A program made the translations under genes and the position numbers. Below the pieces are notes generated by a model. That model was not told the DNA's origin and made no database searches. It saw nothing but the letters and a program-made list of their open reading frames with translations. Shown in pieces: positions 1 to 8,163 of a DNA stretch of 64,000 bases (the stretch's first letter is position 1; each line of letters begins with the position of its first letter). This DNA is from an uncultured archaeon (lineage in GTDB: Archaea > Altiarchaeota > Altiarchaeia > IMC4 > SCGC-AAA252-I15), in NCBI GenBank assembly GCA_902384455.1, contig CABMCB010000079.1, forward strand, positions 618 through 64,617. Reading direction: 5' to 3'.

Positions 1-1
1 C

Positions 2-1408
2 GGCACAAGCCTGCCCATAATAAGCAGCGTCATAGGCGTAATACTAGTTTCTCTCTCAATAGGATACTACGTAGGCGGATACCTGGCAGACAAACGGCCG
101 ATAGAAGAAACCCTTTATGCGGTCTGCCTTTTCGCTTCAGTGCTGGTGTCTGCCATCCCATATGTAGCATATCCTGCGTTCACAATTGCGGCTAATGCGT
201 TAAGGAACTATTCGGTCGGCTACTTCGGTTTGGCGTTGGTGTTGACTCTCATTTTGCTGTCCGTTCCGACGGTTCTTTTGGGGATGGTTACGCCGCTTGC
301 GGTAAGGATTGAAAGCAAGAAGATTCCTCAGTTGGGGCGGTCTGCAGGACGCCTTTATGCCCTATCCACATTAGGCAGCCTGCTTGGAACATTCCTCCCG
401 TCGTTTGTGCTAATACCATTCATCGGCTCCACAAAAACATTCGTCCTGTCAGGATTCATGTTGGCGCTGATGTCCTCTCTAGCATGGAGGCGAAAACTAA
501 TCCTGACGCTGCCCGCCTTAATCCTCATAATAATGCTTGTATTGCCCGCGCCAGTCAAAGGGCTGGAAAACGTCATCTACCAAAAAGAAAGCCCCTACTA
601 CCTAATCCAAGTGATAGAACGCAAAGACGGCCTCCGCCTGCTCACTTTGGACGAAGGACTGGGCATACAAAGCGTCTACACGCCCGGAAGCGTGCTGACC
701 GGAGAATACTTCGACGTAGCCCTTATCGGCGGCCTCATGACGTCGCCTGGGAAAGTCCTTCTTTTGGGCACGGGCGGGGGGACGGTGGCGTCGCAATACA
801 ATTTCTTCCATCCTGAAAGCCAGGTGACGACTGTAGACATAGACCCTGAAGTACTCAAGACGGGAGTCAATTATTTCGGGCTCAATGAAAGTCGCGTTCG
901 TCTTGTTGCGCAGGATGCCCGCGCGTTTCTGGCTCTTGACAACGGCACTTACGACGTCATACTTGTTGACGCCTACCGTCCGCCATACATACCTTTCCAT
1001 CTTGCTACCAGAGAATTCTTCCGTGAAGTGCGAGGCCATCTGGCGCCAAACGGAGTGCTTCTAATCAACGTCAACATAGCAACGCCTCAGGATGCCCACT
1101 ACCAAAGCCTGATTGCGACGGTGCAGGCGGAATTCGGGCGGGCCTACGCAATAGAAATGCAAAAAAAATCCGATTGGGTGATGAACCGCGTAATACTCGC
1201 ATCAAACTCGGACATACCGCTTGATATTAAAGGCCTTACCGCTAATGCGTCTGAAGCGCAGGAGCCTCTAAGGGGGCTTTACGTCCGTTACCTCAACGGC
1301 ACCCGTCTTCTTCCGCAGTCTTCCCGAAGCCCTTACACCGACGACAAAGCCCCTATCGAGTGGGACACAGACTACCTTATCATCACCCGCATAGACTCGT
1401 CGTTCTAA
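2..1408 (+). CDS. Spermidine-synthase-family aminopropyltransferase fused to an N-terminal multi-TM domain (5' end outside window)
   Basis: The frame is open from base 2 up to the listed GTG at 140, so the gene is 5'-truncated. The N-terminal half is hydrophobic. The C-terminal half has class-I SAM-fold motifs LLLGTGGGTVASQY, TTVDIDPEVL and YDVILVDAY, typical of spermidine synthases. Confidence 0.7.
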   Translation, partial: GTSLPIISSVIGVILVSLSIGYYVGGYLADKRPIEETLYAVCLFASVLVSAIPYVAYPAFTIAANALRNYSVGYFGLALVLTLILLSVPTVLLGMVTPLAVRIESKKIPQLGRSAGRLYALSTLGSLLGTFLPSFVLIPFIGSTKTFVLSGFMLALMSSLAWRRKLILTLPALILIIMLVLPAPVKGLENVIYQKESPYYLIQVIERKDGLRLLTLDEGLGIQSVYTPGSVLTGEYFDVALIGGLMTSPGKVLLLGTGGGTVASQYNFFHPESQVTTVDIDPEVLKTGVNYFGLNESRVRLVAQDARAFLALDNGTYDVILVDAYRPPYIPFHLATREFFREVRGHLAPNGVLLINVNIATPQDAHYQSLIATVQAEFGRAYAIEMQKKSDWVMNRVILASNSDIPLDIKGLTANASEAQEPLRGLYVRYLNGTRLLPQSSRSPYTDDKAPIEWDTDYLIITRIDSSF

Positions 1409-1409
1409 C

Positions 1410-2084
1410 CTAGACTGTAAGCAAGAACAAACGCAGGAAATAAAATCCGGAAACAAAAAGGAACGCGGCCGAAGCAAATTCTATCGTCCTCCGGTTTTTC
1501 TTAAGCGCATTGAATGAGGCGATGGCAGCTCCGCTTAGCCACCCCAAAAGTAGGAGCGGCGCTCCGAAAGTCAATGAGAATACTGAAAGTAGAACCACTC
1601 CTTCCGCGATGCTTCTGCTGTCTGCAAGAGCCGGCAGTATGCCTGTAACCAGAAAGGGGGCTGAGCACGGAGTGACCGTCGCCCCAAAAGCAAAACCTGA
1701 TAAAAGCGCCCCAAAATACCCGCCTGCTTTAACATCCTTGATAAAGCCAAACGTCGGCAAGTCAATTCCTCCTCTAACCGTCCTGTACGCAAGAAACCAA
1801 ACCATAAGGGCGCCAAAAAGAAGGAAATTACCCCTCCACTCCTCAACGGCCTCAACCAGTCCCAGCCCGAAAAAAGCCGCAGTAGCGCCCAAAATTAGGT
1901 ACAAGACGAAATAGACGCTCATAAGTCCTAAAGTGAAAAATAAGCTAACCCACCGTGGGTCCTCTTTGCTTCGCGTAAGATGGTTCAAAAGTACGGGGTA
2001 CAAAGGAAGAGTGCACCCGGAAACACCCGCAAAAAGGCCTGACGCAGCGGCGACAACGACGTCCTCAATCATACAACCAAGCAC
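1410..2084 (-). CDS. ccdA: CcdA/DsbD-family transmembrane thiol:disulfide electron transporter
   Basis: Polytopic membrane protein with the two hallmark membrane-embedded cysteines, in the CTLPLYP and TPCSAPF motifs. Confidence 0.7.
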   Translation of the reverse strand: MLGCMIEDVVVAAASGLFAGVSGCTLPLYPVLLNHLTRSKEDPRWVSLFFTLGLMSVYFVLYLILGATAAFFGLGLVEAVEEWRGNFLLFGALMVWFLAYRTVRGGIDLPTFGFIKDVKAGGYFGALLSGFAFGATVTPCSAPFLVTGILPALADSRSIAEGVVLLSVFSLTFGAPLLLLGWLSGAAIASFNALKKNRRTIEFASAAFLFVSGFYFLRLFLLTV

Positions 2085-2989
2085 CTCCCGCCGGAAACAG
2101 ACGAAACCCTATTTTCCATAGCCGACTGAGGCATAAACCCGTCGGAGACGTACCGGCCTTGGGGCCCCTCAAACACCAAAACGGGCGTGTCGACTGTGGA
2201 TTGGTCCGGGTAAAGCTGCTTTACTTCATCCCGAGGCGCATCGTTGATTATGGAAAGAAGCTCGTATGCGACGCAATCGCGGTTTCTTGCCGCAATCGCG
2301 GCCGCCCACGGCTTCATCCTCATGCAGTTGGGGCAGTTGGGTCTGTCGTAGAAGATGAATACGACTTTGCCTTCCTTGATGAGTTCCTGCCTTTCCGCCT
2401 CGGTCCGGTGCACTTTTACGGCGGGGGATAAGCCGTATTGGATGGGGTAGACGCTTATTGTGGTTGAGGCGGACGCGTGCCCTGTTTTTTCCGCTGTGAT
2501 TGTGTGGTTTCCTCCGGCTGCGTCGCTGAGGATTGTTTCTCCCTGGTCGTCTGTGGCTTCAATGGGCGTTCCGTCGACTGTTACTTGCGCGCCGGAAACG
2601 AATTTGTTTCCTGCAACAACTGTGATGCGCACGTCGTCTCCCCTGTATAGTGGGTCGCCTGAAATTTCTATCCTGAGGGGTTGGCCTAATGTTTCGTCGT
2701 TTGTTGTTGATGTGGAGGGTGGGGGTTGGTTTGTGGTCGTCGTTGATGTTTGTGTGGTTAGGTTAAATGAGGATGTTGTTTGGTTTTGTGGGGTTCCGGT
2801 GTTGTTGGTTGGGGCGGCAATGGTGGTCGTTGTGTAATACGATTCGTTTATTGGCGAAGCGGGATGTGAGGCGCTTGTGTTTGAGGGTGCATTTGCGGGT
2901 GCAAGAAGGTAGACCATCGAGCCCAGAACGATGGCGACGCCTGCGAGGAAGGCGAACAAAAGCAGGAGGATGACGTACTGGATACGCAT
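2069..2989 (-). CDS. Membrane-anchored extracytoplasmic thioredoxin-fold protein (CPNC) with a Thr-rich stalk
   Basis: N-terminal TM helix, S/T-rich linker (TTQTSTTTTNQPPPSTSTT) and a beta-rich middle domain. The C-terminal segment FIFYDRPNCPNCMRMKPW carries a CxxC thioredoxin-like motif. It overlaps the ccdA start by 16 nt. Confidence 0.6.
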   Translation of the reverse strand: MRIQYVILLLLFAFLAGVAIVLGSMVYLLAPANAPSNTSASHPASPINESYYTTTTIAAPTNNTGTPQNQTTSSFNLTTQTSTTTTNQPPPSTSTTNDETLGQPLRIEISGDPLYRGDDVRITVVAGNKFVSGAQVTVDGTPIEATDDQGETILSDAAGGNHTITAEKTGHASASTTISVYPIQYGLSPAVKVHRTEAERQELIKEGKVVFIFYDRPNCPNCMRMKPWAAAIAARNRDCVAYELLSIINDAPRDEVKQLYPDQSTVDTPVLVFEGPQGRYVSDGFMPQSAMENRVSSVSGGRCLVV

Positions 2990-3007
2990 AATATAACGTC
3001 GGGTTCA

Positions 3008-3997
3008 CTAGCACCCTAAGGCTTTAGCCTTCGAAAGAAGCATATTGATGTTGCAGTTCACAAGGTAATCAGCGCCGACAACGCAAAGCGGGTAGCCGCG
3101 CGCTGCCGTCCCATACTGCGATTCAACCGCCTCCATGGCGTCAGTGCACTCGTTAGTCGGGTTCTGGCAGTCCACGACGTTGATGTACCTAATCGCCGTC
3201 TTAAAGTAATCCTTCAATCCCTTACAATGCGGGCAAACGTTGTCATTCCTCAAGTAAAGCGTAGTCGAAAGCTTGGAAAGGCACAGAGCATAACGCTCAT
3301 TATCCGGCCTGCACGGCGGACAAGGACCTCCGCAGTCAACGCCCTCCTCGCCCTGATTCTGGAAACTGTCGCTGCAGCTTGGGCACTTTTTGGCGCATGG
3401 CCCTCCGCAGTCAGTTTGAGTTTCGCCTTGGTTTAATAATCCGTCGAAGCACGTCGGGCATTTGGCGCAAGGTCCTCCGCAGTCCACGCCAGTCTCAGCC
3501 TGATTCTGGATTCCGTCACTGCAGGTTGCGCAGGCCGTAGGGCATGGTCCTCCGCAGTCCACGCCTGCTTCTCCCTGATTCTTTATGCTGTCCCAGCAGG
3601 TCGGGCAAGGCGGGCAGACGCCGCCGCAGTCCACCCTGTCTTCATTCTGGTTTTTGATTCCGTCGGTGCAGCTTGCCGCAGGAGCGGTAGTCGTCGTAAA
3701 CCCCGCCTGCACCATACTTGACGTAGTAGTCGTCTTAAGGACAAGAGGCGGAGCCTCGTTGCGGCCGGAAAAAGCCACAAGATAAACTGCGACGCCTGTG
3801 AGAGCGAAAAAAACCAAAAGCAAAACTGCGCCAACGACAACACTCAGAATCAGTCTGGGGGTTATGTAGGAACTAAGAGGCTTCGAAGGCTCATCAGGTT
3901 CAACCTCATCAACGCCAGAATCAGAAGAATCTGAACTCCCCGCAGCCATCAGAAAAACATAGTACAGGCCACTTAAATAGGTTCGGTCAAACAGCAA
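3008..3997 (-). CDS. Membrane-anchored protein with five tandem Cys-rich repeats and a C-terminal CPHC thioredoxin/glutaredoxin-like domain
   Basis: One TM helix (LILSVVVGAVLLLVFFALTGVAVYLVAF), then five copies of C-x-D-[GS]-x-x-N-Q-x-E-x-x-x-D-C-G-G-x-C, then NVCPHCKGLKDYF. Confidence 0.65.
   Translation of the reverse strand: MLFDRTYLSGLYYVFLMAAGSSDSSDSGVDEVEPDEPSKPLSSYITPRLILSVVVGAVLLLVFFALTGVAVYLVAFSGRNEAPPLVLKTTTTSSMVQAGFTTTTAPAASCTDGIKNQNEDRVDCGGVCPPCPTCWDSIKNQGEAGVDCGGPCPTACATCSDGIQNQAETGVDCGGPCAKCPTCFDGLLNQGETQTDCGGPCAKKCPSCSDSFQNQGEEGVDCGGPCPPCRPDNERYALCLSKLSTTLYLRNDNVCPHCKGLKDYFKTAIRYINVVDCQNPTNECTDAMEAVESQYGTAARGYPLCVVGADYLVNCNINMLLSKAKALGC
3311..3670 (-). repeat. Five in-frame tandem ~24-25-codon Cys-rich repeats inside CDS 3008-3997
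   Basis: The repeats are CTDGIKNQNEDRVDCGGVCPPCPT, CWDSIKNQGEAGVDCGGPCPTACAT, CSDGIQNQAETGVDCGGPCAKCPT, CFDGLLNQGETQTDCGGPCAKKCPS and CSDSFQNQGEEGVDCGGPCPPC (aa 110-229). Confidence 0.85.
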
Positions 3998-4038
3998 AAG
4001 CCCAAAGACAGCAGCGAAAGATAGACGCCTATTAACCC

Positions 4039-4590
4039 TCAGCAGGAGCGGGTGAAACGCTTCAGAACCCCGTCAACCTTCCCCTTAAGGTCATCAAGAG
4101 AACCATCGTTAACAATCACAGCATCAGCAACAGACTCCAAACCCGCAATACCCAACTCAGTCTCCCTCCTCTCAGACGCCTTAAAATCGTCAAAAGAAAT
4201 AGACGCCTCACCCCGGCTGCCGCGGGAAGAAGCCCTCTTCCACCTCAAATTCTGCGGCGCCGTGACGAAAATAAGGAACCCGCCGACTTCCTTCACCATA
4301 TCCGCCTCAGACTTATACCTGACTCCATCCACAATCACCACCGGCGCATCGTCTTTAGCCACATCCTCCTTTAGCGCCTTAACAAGGACGTCGTCGCCGA
4401 AAGCCCCCCTGAGTGCCGCACCCAAACCTTGAAGGTCCTTCCTGACGATGGGCCGATGAAGCCTTACCAAAACGTCGGACAATACGTCTGAGAACCGGTG
4501 GGTTGAGGCGCTGTAGCGCTCAGACAAGTAAGAGCAGATTTCTCCTTTGCCTGCTGCTATGGGACCCGTGATTCCTACGACTACCATCAC
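4039..4590 (-). CDS. Small P-loop nucleotide/nucleoside kinase (dephospho-CoA-kinase-like / UPF0200-like)
   Basis: N-terminal Walker A GITGPIAAGKGE, a size of 183 aa and a DGVR motif. The specific substrate cannot be called from sequence. Confidence 0.5.
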   Translation of the reverse strand: MMVVVGITGPIAAGKGEICSYLSERYSASTHRFSDVLSDVLVRLHRPIVRKDLQGLGAALRGAFGDDVLVKALKEDVAKDDAPVVIVDGVRYKSEADMVKEVGGFLIFVTAPQNLRWKRASSRGSRGEASISFDDFKASERRETELGIAGLESVADAVIVNDGSLDDLKGKVDGVLKRFTRSC

Positions 4591-4628
4591 AAGAGAATAA
4601 AGCGCCTTTTCTTATAAGATGAAGTTGA

Positions 4629-4728
4629 GCGGGGGCCGGGAGCGCGAATCATACCAGAGTTCCCGTGTGAATCAGCTCTGCGGAATAGGAGGTGCACTCA
4701 GTGGAAGGAGGACCACACCGGACCCCGC
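4629..4728 (+). ncRNA. Candidate ~100-nt structured small RNA of unknown class
   Basis: An 11-bp closing stem pairs GCGGGGGCCGG (4629-4639) with CCGGACCCCGC (4718-4728), with one mismatch. There is an internal 7-bp hairpin, CAGAGUU...AGCUCUG. A TTATAA box sits at 4612-4617 upstream and a T-rich stretch (ttatttt) immediately downstream. The element lies in a 231-nt intergenic gap. Confidence 0.35.
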
Positions 4729-4821
4729 ATATGTTATTTTGCCGGCGGCCTATAAAAAACAGTACCTTATTATATCAAGATATTGTAATTACTACGCAGA
4801 ATCTGCATTTCAGGTGAAAAT

Positions 4822-5235
4822 ATGGCAGGCAAGAAAGTTGACGAAGTAAAGAACGTGAAGCTTGGGCGCTACATACTAATAGACGAAGTGCCCTGCAAAG
4901 TTGTAGGACTCACACACTCCAAACCCGGCAAGCACGGGGGAGCAAAATTCAGGATTGATGCGGTCGGAATATTTGACGGCGGGAAAAGAAGCATAATCAA
5001 GCCGGCAGGCGACAAAATCGAGGTGCCCATGATTGACAAGCGGGGCGCCCAAGTGCTTGCGATAGTCGGAAGCAACGTCCAATTGATGGACTCGGAAACT
5101 TACGACACATTCGAGCTGCCTATGCCGCCGGACGACGTAGAATTGACTTCCCCCATAGCTCAAGGCAAGGAAGTCATCTACATGGAAGTCATGGGCAAAC
5201 GCATGATAATACAGGTTAAAGGCGAAGCAGGCTGA
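4822..5235 (+). CDS. eif5a: Translation initiation factor 5A (aIF5A)
   Basis: Hypusination-site motif THSKPGKHGGAK, a length of 137 aa and a C-terminal OB-like domain. Confidence 0.9.
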   Translation: MAGKKVDEVKNVKLGRYILIDEVPCKVVGLTHSKPGKHGGAKFRIDAVGIFDGGKRSIIKPAGDKIEVPMIDKRGAQVLAIVGSNVQLMDSETYDTFELPMPPDDVELTSPIAQGKEVIYMEVMGKRMIIQVKGEAG

Positions 5236-5338
5236 TTACGGGGGATAGGCGCAGGCAGGCAATTCGCCCCAGCGGCATCCTCAACATACCTTTAAAACTA
5301 ATTCAACAGAATTTTCAAAACATCAAAGAGTGACCAAC

Positions 5339-8011
5339 ATGGCATCCACAAAAACAAAATACGTGTACTTTTTCGGGAACGGCAAAGCCGAAGGCAAAGC
5401 AGACATGAAATCAACCCTCGGAGGAAAAGGAGCCAACCTCGCCGAGATGACCAACATTGGGCTGCCAGTGCCACCGGGGTTCACAATCACCACCGACTGC
5501 TGCAACCTCTACTACGCAAACAACAAAAAATGGGCCCCCGGCCTTGAGCAAGAAGTTGAGGCGAACATAAAGCTTCTGGAAAAAACTACCGGCAAACAGT
5601 TCGGAAGCAAAACAAACCCGCTGCTTGTTTCAGTCAGAAGCGGAGCCAAATTCAGCATGCCCGGGATGATGGACACAGTCCTAAACCTCGGCCTAAACGA
5701 CAACACGGTGGAAGCTCTTGCGTCTGCCACAAAGAATCCGAGGATGGCTTACGACAGTTACCGCCGTTTCATCAACATGTTCGGCGACGTAGTGATGGGC
5801 GTTGCTCACGAGAAGTTTGAGGAGCAGCTTTCTGAGGTAAAGCGTAAGCTTAAGGTGAAGGTTGACACTGAGCTTACAGTCGACGCGCTGAAGAACGTTG
5901 TGGAACGCTACAAGGCGCTGATTCATGAGGAGAAAGGAAGAAGCTTCCCAACCGACCCGCGCGAACAGCTGACTATGTCCATTAACGCCGTATTTGAGAG
6001 CTGGAATACTCCGCGCGCCAAGACTTACCGCAAACTCCACGACATACCCGACAACTTGGGTACTGCGGTGAACGTTCAGTCGATGGTTTTCGGAAACATG
6101 GGCGACGACTCCGGAACAGGAGTCGCCTTCACAAGAAACCCGGCCACCGGAGTCAAAGAGTACTACGGGGAATGCCTGATTAACGCTCAAGGAGAAGACG
6201 TCGTCGCAGGAATACGCACGCCGCTCCCAATCAAGAGCCTTGAGAAAACCATGCCGAAAGCATACAAGCAGCTGCTTCAGGTTTACTCAACACTAGAAAA
6301 ACACTACAAAGACATGCAGGACTTCGAGTTCACAATAGAACACGGCGTCCTATACATGCTCCAGACAAGAAACGGCAAAAGAACAGCGCAAGCCGCAGTG
6401 AAAATCGCCGTAGACATGGAGAAAGAAGGCCTCATAAAAAAGGATGAGGCGGTGCTCAGAGTCGACCCCAACCAGTTGGACAAGCTTTTGCACAAGGGAA
6501 TCGACGTGAACGCCAAACTAGACGTCATAGCCAAAGGACTTCCTGCTTCGCCGGGCGCGGCAGTAGGCAAAGTCGTATTCTCAGCTGACGACGCTTTCGA
6601 GTGGGCTGACAAAGGCGAGAAAGTAATTCTCGTCCGAAACGAAACAAGCCCCGAAGACATCCACGGCATGGCCGCCGCCCAAGGAATACTGACCGCCCGC
6701 GGAGGAATGACAAGCCACGCAGCAGTAGTCGCAAGAGGAATGGGCAAATGCTGTGTTGCCGGCGCCGAAAAAGTCGTAGTTGACGCCAAAGCAAAAAAGT
6801 TCACGGTCGGCCAGTACACCGTCGTCGAAGGCGAAGTCATCGCTCTCAACGGGAACACCGGCGAAGTCATACTAGGAGAAGTGTCGCTTGTAGAACCAAA
6901 GCTCACCGGAGAATTCAAGATACTTATGGGCTGGGCAGACGAAGTCCGGGCACTCAAGGTCCGCACAAACGCAGACACCCCATTCGACTCCAAAGTCGCA
7001 CGCGACTTCGGCGCAGAAGGAGTGGGACTATGCCGCACAGAACACATGTTCTTCGAAGGAGACCGAATCAAAGCAGTCAGAGAAATGATTCTCGCGGACG
7101 ACGAGCCAGGCCGACGCAGAGCCCTATTCAAGCTCCTGCCGATGCAGAGAGGCGACTTCGAAGGCATATTCGAAGTCATGAAAGGCCTGCCAGTCACAAT
7201 CCGCTTGCTTGACCCGCCGCTCCACGAGTTCCTACCTCAAGAAGACAAGGACGTGGAAGATTTAGCCAAAGAAATGAGCGTCTCAGTGCAGAAACTCAAG
7301 GCGAAAGTCAAAAGCCTACACGAACTCAACCCCATGCTCGGACACCGCGGATGCCGCCTCGGCATAACATACCCTGAAATCACGGAAATGCAGGCGCGCG
7401 CAATATTCGAGGCCGCAGCAAACCTGAGGAAGAAAGGCATCACGGTGACGCCTGAAGTCATGGTTCCTTTGGTCGGAGACGTGAAGGAATTTACTCATCA
7501 GAAGGCAATCATCGTCCGCGTTGCTGAGGCCGTCATGAAGGAGCAGAACATTAAAATCGACTACTCTGTGGGAACTATGATTGAGGTTCCTCGCGCCGCA
7601 GTGCTTGCCGATGAAATCGCGAAGGAAGCCGAGTTCTTCAGCTTCGGGACAAACGACCTGACGCAGATGACTTTCGGATTCAGCCGCGACGACGTAGGCA
7701 AATTCATCCCGGAATACATAGAAAAAGGCGTCTACGAGAAAGATCCGTTCCAGGTGTTAGACCGAAAAGGGGTCGGCAAACTCGTAGAGTGGGCAGTACA
7801 AAAAGGCCGAGAGACCCGCCCGACAATCAAGGTCGGAATATGCGGGGAGCACGGCGGAGAACCCAGCAGCGTAGAATTCTGCCACATGGTCGGATTAAAC
7901 TACGTAAGCTGCAGCCCCTACCGCGTCCCAATAGCACGGTTGGCGGCAGCCCACGCCCAACTAAAGTATCCGAGGGCTAAGGCGGCCTCTAAGGCAGAAA
8001 AGAAAAAGTAG
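5339..8011 (+). CDS. ppdK: Pyruvate, phosphate dikinase
   Basis: Full-length match to the PPDK architecture. The phosphohistidine motif is GGMTSHAAVVARGMGKCCV and the PEP-utiliser C-terminal motifs are GLCRTEHMF and FFSFGTNDLTQ. The ORF track starts at GTG 5330; ATG 5339 (MASTKTKYVYFF) fits PPDK N-termini better. Confidence 0.92.
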   Translation: MASTKTKYVYFFGNGKAEGKADMKSTLGGKGANLAEMTNIGLPVPPGFTITTDCCNLYYANNKKWAPGLEQEVEANIKLLEKTTGKQFGSKTNPLLVSVRSGAKFSMPGMMDTVLNLGLNDNTVEALASATKNPRMAYDSYRRFINMFGDVVMGVAHEKFEEQLSEVKRKLKVKVDTELTVDALKNVVERYKALIHEEKGRSFPTDPREQLTMSINAVFESWNTPRAKTYRKLHDIPDNLGTAVNVQSMVFGNMGDDSGTGVAFTRNPATGVKEYYGECLINAQGEDVVAGIRTPLPIKSLEKTMPKAYKQLLQVYSTLEKHYKDMQDFEFTIEHGVLYMLQTRNGKRTAQAAVKIAVDMEKEGLIKKDEAVLRVDPNQLDKLLHKGIDVNAKLDVIAKGLPASPGAAVGKVVFSADDAFEWADKGEKVILVRNETSPEDIHGMAAAQGILTARGGMTSHAAVVARGMGKCCVAGAEKVVVDAKAKKFTVGQYTVVEGEVIALNGNTGEVILGEVSLVEPKLTGEFKILMGWADEVRALKVRTNADTPFDSKVARDFGAEGVGLCRTEHMFFEGDRIKAVREMILADDEPGRRRALFKLLPMQRGDFEGIFEVMKGLPVTIRLLDPPLHEFLPQEDKDVEDLAKEMSVSVQKLKAKVKSLHELNPMLGHRGCRLGITYPEITEMQARAIFEAAANLRKKGITVTPEVMVPLVGDVKEFTHQKAIIVRVAEAVMKEQNIKIDYSVGTMIEVPRAAVLADEIAKEAEFFSFGTNDLTQMTFGFSRDDVGKFIPEYIEKGVYEKDPFQVLDRKGVGKLVEWAVQKGRETRPTIKVGICGEHGGEPSSVEFCHMVGLNYVSCSPYRVPIARLAAAHAQLKYPRAKAASKAEKKK

Positions 8012-8163
8012 GGTGCGGTTAATCCCCTTACGCGGCAGTTGGAATCCTCGTTAGTTTAGGGTTTCATCTGCCCGTTTAACGCTTTAAGGAAAAACTTCTT
8101 TATTGTATAACGCGCAGAGGCGGAGCATCCAGACGTACGGTTTGGAGGCTGCTGCGCGATTTT

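Noticed and set aside
4629-4728. The possibility that the stem-closed element is a tRNA, 5S rRNA or SRP RNA.
   Set aside because: No T-arm or cloverleaf can be drawn. The conserved 5S loop motifs and the SRP helix-8 pairing around the GGAA are not reproduced. It is kept only as an unclassified candidate.
4619-4849. A 76-aa ORF covering the eIF5A upstream gap.
   Set aside because: It overlaps the aIF5A start and has no RBS or promoter logic. The region is better explained by a structured RNA element plus the aIF5A promoter.
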